33,408 bases of DNA from positions 1-33,408 of the forward strand of contig JAHLWZ010000983.1 of assembly GCA_020536535.1 (NCBI GenBank), given 5' to 3'. The notes under the pieces were generated by a model. It ran no database searches, was not told the DNA's origin, and saw only the letters and a program-made list of their open reading frames with translations. Below, one piece after another: positions 12,193 through 22,616 of this stretch. Source of the stretch: Pelomyxa schiedti (lineage: Eukaryota > Protista > Evosea). The first letter of the stretch is position 1. Each line of letters starts with the position of its first letter. Made by a program: the position numbers and the translations under genes.

Positions 12193-15100
12193 CTATTTTG
12201 GAATAGTCCATTCCATTTGGAGACCGGCACAACTTAAAAGAACTTGACATGGTGGGTGGCATACGAGTGCGGGCCGGTTATATTCAGCAAAGAAAGTGAT
12301 AAGTTGGGACTGACCCGGTTCTAGATATACCCTCTGGAACCCAAACAGCTGTTTGAGAAGAGGAGTAGTGTCTTCCTTGGGAGGGGATGCAAAGGCTAGA
12401 GCAATGTAGTCCCCGGCAACAGGCCCAGTGTTGGTTACTAGGACTTCAAAATGGACCTCTGAAGATAGGGTTTGCTTGGTGCCTAATGTGTCATCAGGCC
12501 ATGTGACAGTGAAGGTGGTGTAGGACAGTCTGTGGAGAGTAAGAAAGAAGGAAGCCGGAGGTAAAAAGCCTCTCACCCAAAGCCAAATTCCCAAAGGGGA
12601 GTTCCTGTGTAAAACCGGTACGTTCTTCCGGGTGAAGCAGTCATGTCCATGCTGAGGAAGTCTGACTATTCATGGTATAAAACATGATAAGTTACGGTGA
12701 CAGGTACCTCATCCACGAACTGTGAATCGTAGATTGTGTAAGGCATACGGCTCCAGGATTGTAGTCTCCAAAAAGGGCTTCTGCAACTGCAGATGCTCCT
12801 GCAACAATTAGTTATTTCTTGCTCTAATTAGTCGAATACCTTCTTGTCCTGGGTAGAAAGCTTCGATTATTGCTGGGATATTATCATGTATCCATGAAAT
12901 TGCTAGAGCGCCGCCATTAAACAATACAACTGCAACTGGCACATTTGTTTGAAATAAAACTTGGGCCAAGAGTTCCTGATTTCCAGGCAGAGTGATAGTC
13001 AATCTATCACTTGAAATATTGCTGTAACCCACTTATTACAGGTGATGTGGGGCTTACTGCGTTTCGTCTTCTTGCGAGATATTTAAGCCAAGAAATAGTA
13101 CAATTGCATCTGCGGCCTTGGCAACAGAAACTACGGCATTCAGATAGAAAACATGAGATTTTTTCAGTTCGTACTAGCATTTTCGAAGCCTGAAGTATCC
13201 TCGCATGCAACATCACATCCCTGTGCGTATGTAACTTTATCTGCACCAATAAGTTCGCCTATCTAGAAGCAGTGGGTGCAGCAATCAGTAATCTGGAAGG
13301 AGAAACCGCATGAAGAGGAGAAGTAATGCAGTCATATACAAATGTTCCAGGACATACAGGTCCGTGGTAATTTCCAAGCATGTCCACAGTTGCATTGGCA
13401 TGAGGTCCTATTACGGCTACACTTTGGTATTTGTTGAGAGGCAGAACATTTTCTTCATTTTTAAGAAGTACGAGTGATTGCTTGGCTGCAAGCCGCGCAA
13501 GAGATTTATGTGATGGAGATTGTACTAAATCTTGCCATTGCAATCTTTTTTCCTGATTGTGAAATTTCACTAAGGAGTGGTAATATTAACTGTGCATATG
13601 GTTGCAATTCAGGTGGATCAAATAAACCCAAAAGGAACCGTTCCCGAAACACGCGGCTTAAGGCTAAGTCTATGTCAGACTGGGAGATATAATCACTTTC
13701 AAGGGCATCAGGAATAGCATTGTAGGCTGTACCACAATCTAGATCACATCCTGCGAGTAGACAAACTGCTGTAGCGTCCGTGGCGTTATCACAGTAGTGG
13801 TGAGTGGCATATACATCCTGAAGAAGTAAGCAGACTTCAGTGGCAGTAAACACTCACAGCTACAGAATCGCAATCACTTACAACATAGCCATCGAAATGC
13901 CACTGATTGCGGAGCACGTCATTCAAGAGAAAGTCACTGGCGCAAGTAGGGACACTATGACTCATGAAATTGTAAAGGTAAAAAGAAAGCAAGCAAACCC
14001 ATTAAGCTCATTGTATGAGCACATAATTGAGCGGGATTTTCCCTCCTCCACACATTTCTGGAAAGCTGGAAAGTAACTATTAGTAGTCAGGGTGCGCATC
14101 TAAGAAGATCAAGTACGAGTCATAAAGATCATAGTCTGACACAATTGCATTATAGTGATCTCGGTCTACACCATTGTAGTTATCAACAGAATACCTGTAT
14201 ATTTCAATTACGTTTCTGCAGATCAACCAAATAATCACGCACGCAGCAAAATGCTTGCATGTCCCTGCAATCTTGGTGTAACGGGGGTCATTCCCTTCTT
14301 GAAGACCTTGTATGAAACTCACTGAATATTCTCCACTTAAGAAGGGGTCTTCACTGGGAATTTCCATGTTCTACAAACAAGGTGACAAATATAAAAGACC
14401 CAGTGAAATATAAAAGAAAATAGTACCCTACCCCAGCGTGGATCCCTCATCAAATTGATGTTCTTATTACCAAAAAATAGATGTAAGAAATTCAAGAGGA
14501 AACTAAGCCAGGGAAAATACTGGATCCCAACAGTCAAGCCCAACAACCAGAGGGTCTTTAGCATTCCAAAGAGCACGAAACTATGAAACAGACTTATTAT
14601 GTATCCAGAGAATTATTGTAAGAGAACCTCATCAGATATAGCCGTTGCAACCTCCTTGACTAGCGACATATTAAAGGAGGCACCATAAGCAGGGCCCTCA
14701 GGGAAGGAAGTTGGGCATCCATGGTCCCCACAAGTCTTTTTGTTTCAAGAGAATTACAAGAAGTTTGATAGAAGAACGCGGGAAGATAACTTGAAAAGGA
14801 GTCTCAAATAAAACTCCATGCTGGCAGCTCATCCAGTAAGTATAATTTATCACACCAAGCCTTTCATAAATCAAATTACATTTGGATTAAATGAAGGTAT
14901 GGACCGCTCGATTGCAGGAGCAGCATGTATGAGCTGAGGCCATTTTTCATCTGCAGTCATACGACTAACTGTTCAAATCAAAAAATCACACATAAAGTTG
15001 AACTGGGGTCTATGAATCAAAAATGCAACAAAAATAACTCAAATCAGTGACTCGGGAGTCAACGGGCAACGACACGTCGCAAAATGGCAGCTCAGATATC

Positions 15101-15246
15101 GCAGGATCATCACACGTGTACCACCATGCCCCACCCGTGTCCAGCGCACACGTCATCCCCCACGCCAAAAAAGCAACTGCACAGAACCTCCAACGCCACC
15201 CTCGCGACACGGCGCCGTTGGCAGCACTCCCCTGCGCGGTTATCAT
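12193..15246 (-). CDS. Glycoside hydrolase family 3 beta-D-xylosidase (BXL-like) with Fn3-like C-terminus; multi-exon, probably secreted/lysosomal
   Basis: Motifs [49 protein letters not shown] (nucleophile region), [31 protein letters not shown] and KQLFGFQRV. Hydrophobic N-terminal segment. Confidence 0.92.
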
Positions 15247-15326
15247 AACTCAATAATTACAAATCGGGTTTCCGAACTCTTCAAAAGAAGAAACAAATCA
15301 TAAAGTTCGAGCTGCGTAGAGACACG

Positions 15327-16452
15327 ATGTGTCGTAGTGCGTTGGTTTGCAGCATATTCCTTGTGGTTGGCGTGTTTGGTGGTTCCGAAGTTTACCCTCA
15401 GGCGTCTTTCCTGGCGTGCGTAGATCCCCCGTAGTACACTGTGTAAACACCCCTAAGTCCACTCTCAGAACACTTAATGCGTACGATCCACTTGGTGCTG
15501 CTGCTTGTATACTTTCAGGAGGTGAGTTGTCTTTCCTTTTCCCATGGTTGTTAAACAAAAGTGGCAGACCCTGCTATACAGCCAAAACAATCCAACTATG
15601 AAGCCACGGAAGTTTGTGACGACGTGGGCATGATTACTCTTAATGTGGCGGAATCAGGTAGGAAGACCCCTCAGTATTAAGAAATTCTAATTGTAAAAAC
15701 AAAAAAGAGTTTGGATTAACCTTTGGTAGAAGTGGCAGTACCATGTCTTCATATGCAAACCTTGGGACCACATATGATTTAAGGGAATCATGTTCGATTG
15801 ACAGTTCTGTTGATGACGAAACAATCTTCACATCTTTACACCTGGACACATCCTCAAATCAGTTTGTGGTGGCCCAAAGTATTCTCTCTACGGGAGAGGT
15901 AGAACAAACTGTCACAGCACAAATATGCAGGTCTTACGCTATTTTTAGATATCCTGGACGCAATTACCATCATCCCTGGTAACATCTCTTTATACAACAA
16001 CAGCAAGTGGGAACACCGATCCTCTAATTGCCTCAATAGGTACAGCAATCACTTGATATTAAGTGCAATAATATTTTTACAGGGAATATATATCTCCTCC
16101 GACTCACTACGTCCTATGTGAATAGCGATCAGTCTGTTCTCTACGACACGCTATCTCTTGCTAAATTGGTTCCTGCAGGTTGTCCTATCTCACGATCCAA
16201 AACTTGTCTAAAGAAATTTTAGGTGTAACCACACAACTGCAAGGAATGGCCGTCCGGTGGAGTGTGTTTTGGACAACCATCACTGTTCCTCCAACTCCAG
16301 AGCAAGCCGGAATGAGCACAGCTGAAACCGCCAAGGCTACTTCTACTGCAGCAATGGTTCTTGTGTGGATGGCAGTCGTTGCAACCTGCCTTTTGCCTGT
16401 ACTTTTATATGTTGTGCACCAAAGAGAGAGTGCATACCACCAGATGAATTAA
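15327..16452 (+). CDS. Hypothetical single-pass membrane protein (signal peptide plus C-terminal TM helix); multi-exon
   Basis: MCRSALVCSIFLVVGVFG resembles a signal peptide; GT-AG-bounded exons; last exon ends MVLVWMAVVATCLLPVLLYVVHQRESAYHQMN*. No family recognised and internal exons are uncertain. Confidence 0.5.
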
Positions 16453-16580
16453 GCTGGCAAAAAAAAAATGTAAAACATTCTTTTCTCCATCAGTTTCGTT
16501 CTCTTTCAATTTCGTGCTTGTCTTTACAAATATGCCTTGAGAGGAAGTGTGGCTTGGTGAGGTTGCACAGACAGTCGGTT

Positions 16581-17540
16581 TTAAATTCTCTGTACTGCAA
16601 TATTTCTAATCCGTCTCTTGCTTTTCTGGGGGTACCAGAGGTGTTGGCCAAGCAAAACAGAGTCCACCACAAACTGAACAACACCACAGAATTTGAATTG
16701 CGCGGGGGAATTCCACAAGAAGAAGTATGCACACTTGAGGACGTCTGCACAAAGCCAGAGGAGAATGAGAGATAGTGCGAGTCCCTTTATCTGGTGTTGT
16801 GCATTGTGGTATATCTATTTATCACAGTTAGAGGCATGCGGGTATTCGAAAAAAAGGGAGGGTGCTGGGTTTTTAACCTGAGGGGCGCCTATCAAAGCTT
16901 CTATTGAAGCTCCAAGAAAGCCAATTGCCTGAACAAGGGAGTGCACTGGGCTCATAAGAGTGATACTGAGAAGGCAAAATACAGCAATGCAAAAGAAGGA
17001 AAACAAGTAGTGAGAGTAGTGGTCCCAGTCCCAAAACTGTCCCACAATTTCCTTGTAGCTAGGCACCCACGGCACAGCCTCCTCAGACGGCGGCCCGACT
17101 CCCCCGACAGCCTCCCCAGCCTCAGCCCTGACGTCGATCTCTTGTTGCAGTTGCGACGTCTGTTGCAGTTGCTGCTGCGAGCCGGAACTTTGCAGTTGCA
17201 TTTGCGGCTTTTCGGCCGAGTGGGGCGACGACCGGGGGATGATGCCACCGCCGGTTGATCCAGCGGCAACAGGGCGACGGTACAGCACGCAGACGTAGAC
17301 GACGGCGAGCTGCACGACGACCATGACGACGCTCTGGGCCACGAGGGGCACGCCGATGCCGTCGAGGGAGACGAGGGCGTAGCACAGCCTGAGGGTGTTG
17401 GCGACGAGGAGGGCCAGGCACACGAACATGCTGAAGCCCTCTGAGTCCTGCCGGCGGTACATGTCGTTGAGCTGGGGGACCCAGCACAGAGGGGGGCCCA
17501 GTACTACGGCCAGGCCCACTGCCAATCCTCCCACACCCAT
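16581..17540 (-). CDS. PQ-loop repeat membrane protein (PQLC1/SLC66A2-like)
   Basis: First PQ motif WVPQ...SEGFS; QSVVM; FWDW; second PQ motif GAPQ|IYHN across an intron (~16877-16815); last exon WLCADVLK...SPAQFKFCGVVQFVVD...GQ. Confidence 0.85.
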
Positions 17541-17864
17541 CTTTACGATGACTGTCTCGAGAAGGAGAAAGAAACTTTTGCTTCGGTGAACGGCCCTTCG
17601 CGGGGCAGATCGGCGAAGCACAACAGGTAGGGTTCCGACAGGGGTTGGTTCTTATGGGTTACAGCTGCCGTTCTTGCACTCTTTTAGTTCCTGGCTTTCA
17701 GTGCTTGAGTGCTCTACTCAAGCACTTTTTTTAGATGAGATCCCGGTTGCTTGTGCATTTAAACCTGATGGTTCAACGAACAATTTTGATTGCGTGAAAA
17801 ATCGATTTAATGGATATTGGGGATCTGGGATTCAAATTGTACACACAAGTCGGCCGGTTGAAGA

Positions 17865-20800
17865 ATGCTTCACCAATACACAAACCAGCGTATCGTGCTC
17901 CCCGAAAGAAACACCGATGCTCCAACACGGCGGAGACAGTCACCCCTTGTTTTACTGTCTCAAGATCCATTGCTGAAGGCTGTACTGGAGTACATCGATT
18001 CTCACTCCTTTTCGTGCAGGCTCCCCCGTGCTCGCTGCATCTCTCCCTCCAATTCCCGTACCAAGGCATTTGACGACACCATCACTGCAGGCAAGTTCTG
18101 CGAACTAATTCGAAGATGGCTTTCGAAGAACTACACCGAGGCCGGAGACAACAGCCAACGAGAGACCCTTCGTAGAAGATTGGAAGGACATGAAACAGGC
18201 AGCTTGATCGTACTCGTGTGCCTTTTGGTGCCCCAAGCGGAGGGCTCTTATGCCGTGTCGTTCGCCGCGATTATGCCTATTCACTATTCGGAGTTTTACT
18301 GTAACGCATGCATGAAGGTTTGAAAACTAAAGCTGAAACTTAAACACACACTCTCTTGCGGCCTCGTTACTTACTCTTGTTTTTTGCTTTGTTTAGATAC
18401 CAGGCTCACTGGCTATTATCAGACCGATAGAATCCGTGGTTCGGCAACTGTGGTTATTATCCGAGTACGAAGGACATCTTTCCTTTGGGAATCGCAGTGC
18501 TCAGAATACAGCCGTGGTGCCATCGCATCCATCCGGCGATTTCACTTGGTTTCCAGCTCTGGCATTTTTTTCAGCTGAACATCCTTCTGTTCCCCGCTTT
18601 CCGTTTACTTCGACAGAAGAGCGCCACATAGTACTACATGAATGGTCTGGGTCTCTACGAACGTGCAGTCCTCTTCAGTTTCTACATCAAATGTTTGAAG
18701 CCCAAGTTCACTCTCAGCCTCATTCCGACGCACTTGCCTTTGGGAAAGATGAGTCTTGTCCTCGCTGGACATATATGCAAGTGGACAAGTATGCAGAACA
18801 AATAAGCAATCACCTGAGGACAATGGGGGTACATCGGAACACCGTGGTGGGGGTGAACATCGAGAACAGCGCTGAATATATATTTGCTTTCTTGGGTATA
18901 CTCAAAGCCGGTGGCGCTTTTATGCCGCTTTCCAGTCGTTGGCCACAAGATAGAATACAAACGATAATTAATACTGCTCAGTGTTCGATCATTATCTGTT
19001 CTTCAAATACTCCATCATTTTATACTTTACTTGGTTGCTCTCTGGTCTATTTGCCTCTTGCTAGTGATTTGGTCCCTTTAGCTCCTACATGCTACGATAT
19101 TCCATGTGGACATGATTTAGCTTATGTGATCTGTACATCTGGCAGTACTGGAACGCCAAAGCTAGTTGGTGTTACTCATATGGGTGCTGCAAACGTAGTA
19201 GAGTGCTTGGCCAATGGTCACGATTACTGCCACTCCCGTGTGGTGCAAGCCTACAGTACTGTATTTGATTCCTCTGTGGCGGCAATATTCTCGGTACTAT
19301 CCTTCGGCGGGTTTCTTGTCATACCCCCAGCAGACGTTAACATGGATGTCAAGCTGCTTGAGAGTATGCTAATCGTACACAGAATCACTCACACGTCGTT
19401 TGTTCCCTCTGTGTTGAGTGAATTCTGCCAGCAATGTAAGTTTCCGGACACAGTTTGTCTTGTTGAAGTTGGAGGAGAGACTTTGACACATCACCACCTG
19501 AAAAAAATTGCTGCCGCTTCCAACCCTGCAAGACTTGACAAAATTATTGTGTCAAACAGTTATGGACCAACAGAAGTCACCATAGCATGCACCGAGTATC
19601 GAGGTACTCTACTGCAGCTTCTTCAAAGCCCTGCAACTGAAGTGCCAATTGGAAAGCCCAACTACACACATACTTGCTTTGTGTTAGATCCAGGTATGAA
19701 CATTGTTCCTGTTGGATTCCCAGGCGAACTGTGGGTTGGAGGACCATACCTTGCTCAAGGTTACATTAGCAACCCAGAAGAGACAGCAAAACAGTATCGT
19801 CCAAATCCTTTTGGGGAAGGCAGATTGTATAAAACAGGTGACTTAGTGCGATGGCTTCCTTCTGGAAATATGGTTTTTCTAGGACGTGTTGACTCCCAAG
19901 TCAAGCTCAATGGTCTGCGCATCGAACTTGGCGAGATAGAGTCCGTGGCTCGAGAATGTCCTGGAGTTCAGGAAGTTGTTCTGGCTGTGAGAAACTCGCA
20001 GCTTGTGTGTTATGTGACTTCAAACCGACCTGGCGTGGCGTCTAATCTGGAAAAACTGTTTGGCACCAAGTTGCCACAGTACATGCTTCCAAGACATATC
20101 ATAGTGCTTGACCATTTTCCCCTTACTGTAAATGGAAAGCTTGACACCAAAGCTCTTCCCGACCCCTTCTCCAACAACAACGCCGTGTTGGCAGCTGAAG
20201 AACAACCAAGTTCTGAAACAGAAATAAAGCTAGCGGGTATTTGGGAGAAAGTACTACCAGGCAGACCTGGCTCATTGAAGTTTGGGAAGTCGTCCAGCTT
20301 CTTCGCCATGGGAGGTCATTCACTGCTTGCGGTATCACTTGCACGGACCATCAGCAAGGAGTTCAACCTTGATGAATTTCCTGTGCGGCTTGTTTTCGAG
20401 CACGCCACACTTAAGGATATGGCTTCCTGCATCATAAGTCTGACCGAGGAAAAGAAAACCTCTTACCCAAGGTTCTCAGAGCCCCATGCAAAACTTCCAC
20501 ACATAGTTTGCCTACGCGGGGGAATGACTGTTTACTTTAATAGGGTACGACAAGAGCTTGCTAAATTTGCAGATGTTGAGGTTCCCAAGTATCCAGAAGA
20601 AATTAAAAGCTTTGAAGATTGTGCAGAAGCAGTATTTCAGGGACTGAAAAATAAGGCGGTTGACGTTTTGGTTGGATTTTGTGCTGGTTGCTTCATGGCA
20701 ATGGCACTGGCCAAGCTTCTTATTGCTTCCGGAAATATGCCCAAAGTGATGATAGCCATTGACCCAGAGAGAAACCTGGACGGCGATGACGGAGTGAACA

Positions 20801-21285
20801 GGGACAAAACCGACTTTTTTTCCTACTATGCCTGCTCCAAGTCCAGTGTAAAGCAGTGTTATATATCACTAGCGAAGCTACTGCACATTTCCCTTGGCGA
20901 AGGTGAAGATGCCCAGAGTTTTTCCGTGCAAGACCGGATGCTTGCGGCATTGACATCCCTTCCTGAGGAGCAGTACATCCCTACTCTCTTGGAAGCTACT
21001 GGAGACTCAATGGATAACAAAGACAACCTGGAGGCAATATTCCGGAGTTTCTGCAGCGTGTCCAGAGCATTGGTTAGGTACAATCCAAGTAAGACAGCCA
21101 AAGTGCTAGCTGGTAGGACCATACTCGTGTATGCTTCAGACTATTCACTGGAACATGTATCCTGGTGGGACCAGTACCTGGTTAAGGAGAACCTTTCCTT
21201 CCCGGAGATACACCACCGCGCCATTGTCGAATACAAAAAGACAACTGAACTTCTCAAGGAATGCCTGGAATCCATCCAAAATTGA
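17865..21285 (+). CDS. Stand-alone NRPS-like enzyme: unknown N-terminal region - adenylation - peptidyl carrier - thioesterase (Cys nucleophile)
   Basis: A-domain motifs LKAGGAFMP, TSGSTGTPK, FDSS, NSYGPTE, GELWVGG..LAQGY, YKTGDL, GRVDSQVKLNGLRIELGEIE, LPQYMLP and NGKLD. PCP motif FFAMGGHSLL (Ser codon 20320). TE motifs VGFCAG, IAID and EIHH. Exon 17865-18317 joins 18397-21285 in frame via GT-AG intron 18318-18396. The 5' start is uncertain. Confidence 0.92.
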
Positions 21286-21416
21286 ACACAGTTCATCCGT
21301 CATGCAAAATGTATTTTACTTAAATTATAAAAATAAACTGTTTCCACTCCCAAACAATGTTTGTTGTGGAGCTTAGCTTCACCTTTTTTATTGTGTTTCT
21401 TTCTATGTGGCCAACT

Positions 21417-22428
21417 CTAGTGGCCCATTGGAATGTGCTTGACAAAATTGTGTGCGCCAAGGTGAGCCAATGTGGTCTGATGGTCATCATCACTCTTCAG
21501 GTTCCACCTGGACTCGCGGAACAGCGTGGGATCCACATGGCAGCCGGCCGAGTGCCCAATGATCATGACAGTCCCCGAAGCCCCAGGGACTTCCAAGTCG
21601 GTCTCCAGCGCCATTTCTATGCTTGCCAGCGACTTGCTGAGCAGCAGCGCGGGGCTTCCGGGCAGCCACGTGCAGGGGCGTGCTGCGCCGAGCTGCGGGA
21701 GAGTGTCGGGGAGTGCCATTTTGTCGGTGGCGGAGCCGGAGCAGGAGCCCGCGGCCACGACGGAGGCTAGGGCGGAGGCTGGGGGAACGTTGATGACCAG
21801 CTGCTTGGTGTCCCGTATGCACTTGAGTGTGTGCGATGCGGAGCCAAGAACTACGGCAATTCGATCCTATGATTTTCTTATAGTGAGTAAGGTGCCTCGC
21901 TACCGTTTAGTTAATGGCGGTCCATCTATATATAGATATATATATTAGTTAGTTAGTTTGGTGCCAGTGCTATGAAAGTATTGACCAACTATACTATACT
22001 CAACATGTAGGGCTTGTCCACCCGTAAGTCAATCAAATGGGTACCTTTGCCACTGGGGTTGTCCACTGAGCAGCCATAAACGTGGTCCTATTAGCCTGGG
22101 CGTCAAAAGCAGTCACCAACACCGTGGGGCTCTGAGCCAATACTCTGCTGGCCAAATCAGCAGCCACACTCTGCGTAGCCACAACATCCGCAGTTGCTGG
22201 TGTACCTGTCACTGCAACTGCAACTGTCATTGGCATTGGTGATGAGGAGGCTGTCGTGCATTGATGAGCCTGAGCCTGAGAGACTGGGTCAGTTTGGTCG
22301 TGGGCACCATGGGCATTTGGTGTTGCGCACTCCATTGCGACAGGAAGAGCGAGAACAAACGTGGAAGTGAGCACGAGCAGCAACGAAAACGACAAACCTA
22401 ACACAACGGTACTACCGACCTGCTGCAT
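21417..22428 (-). CDS. Flavin reductase-like / flavoredoxin-family FMN-binding protein with N-terminal hydrophobic leader
   Basis: Joining exons across intron 22044-21867 gives SPTVLVTA...FMAAQWTTPVAK|DRIAVVLGSASHTLKCIRDTKQLVINVP...AGSCSGSATDKM...MIIGH, the flavoredoxin pattern (PxxLVt, W, HT, vNvP, GxxSGxxxDK). The start is adjacent to an N gap. Confidence 0.78.
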
Positions 22429-22446
22429 TATTATGGGTCTGCTCCC

Positions 22447-22546
22447 NNNNNNNNNNNNNNNNNNNNNNNNNNNNNNNNNNNNNNNNNNNNNNNNNNNNNN
22501 NNNNNNNNNNNNNNNNNNNNNNNNNNNNNNNNNNNNNNNNNNNNNN
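22447..22546. other. Assembly gap (100 N)
   Basis: Run of N between the divergent starts of the flavoredoxin-like and DUF4139 genes. Confidence 0.99.
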
Positions 22547-22616
22547 CCCAAAAGAAATTGATAATTGCGAGTATACTGAGTGCAACGAGGGCTGAAAGGG
22601 TGCGAAGAAGAAAACA

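Noticed and set aside
18397-21285. NRPS as bacterial or endosymbiont contamination
   Set aside because: Gap-free continuity with intron-containing eukaryotic genes on both sides and an in-frame spliceosomal-type intron at its 5' end; long-read confirmation is still advisable.
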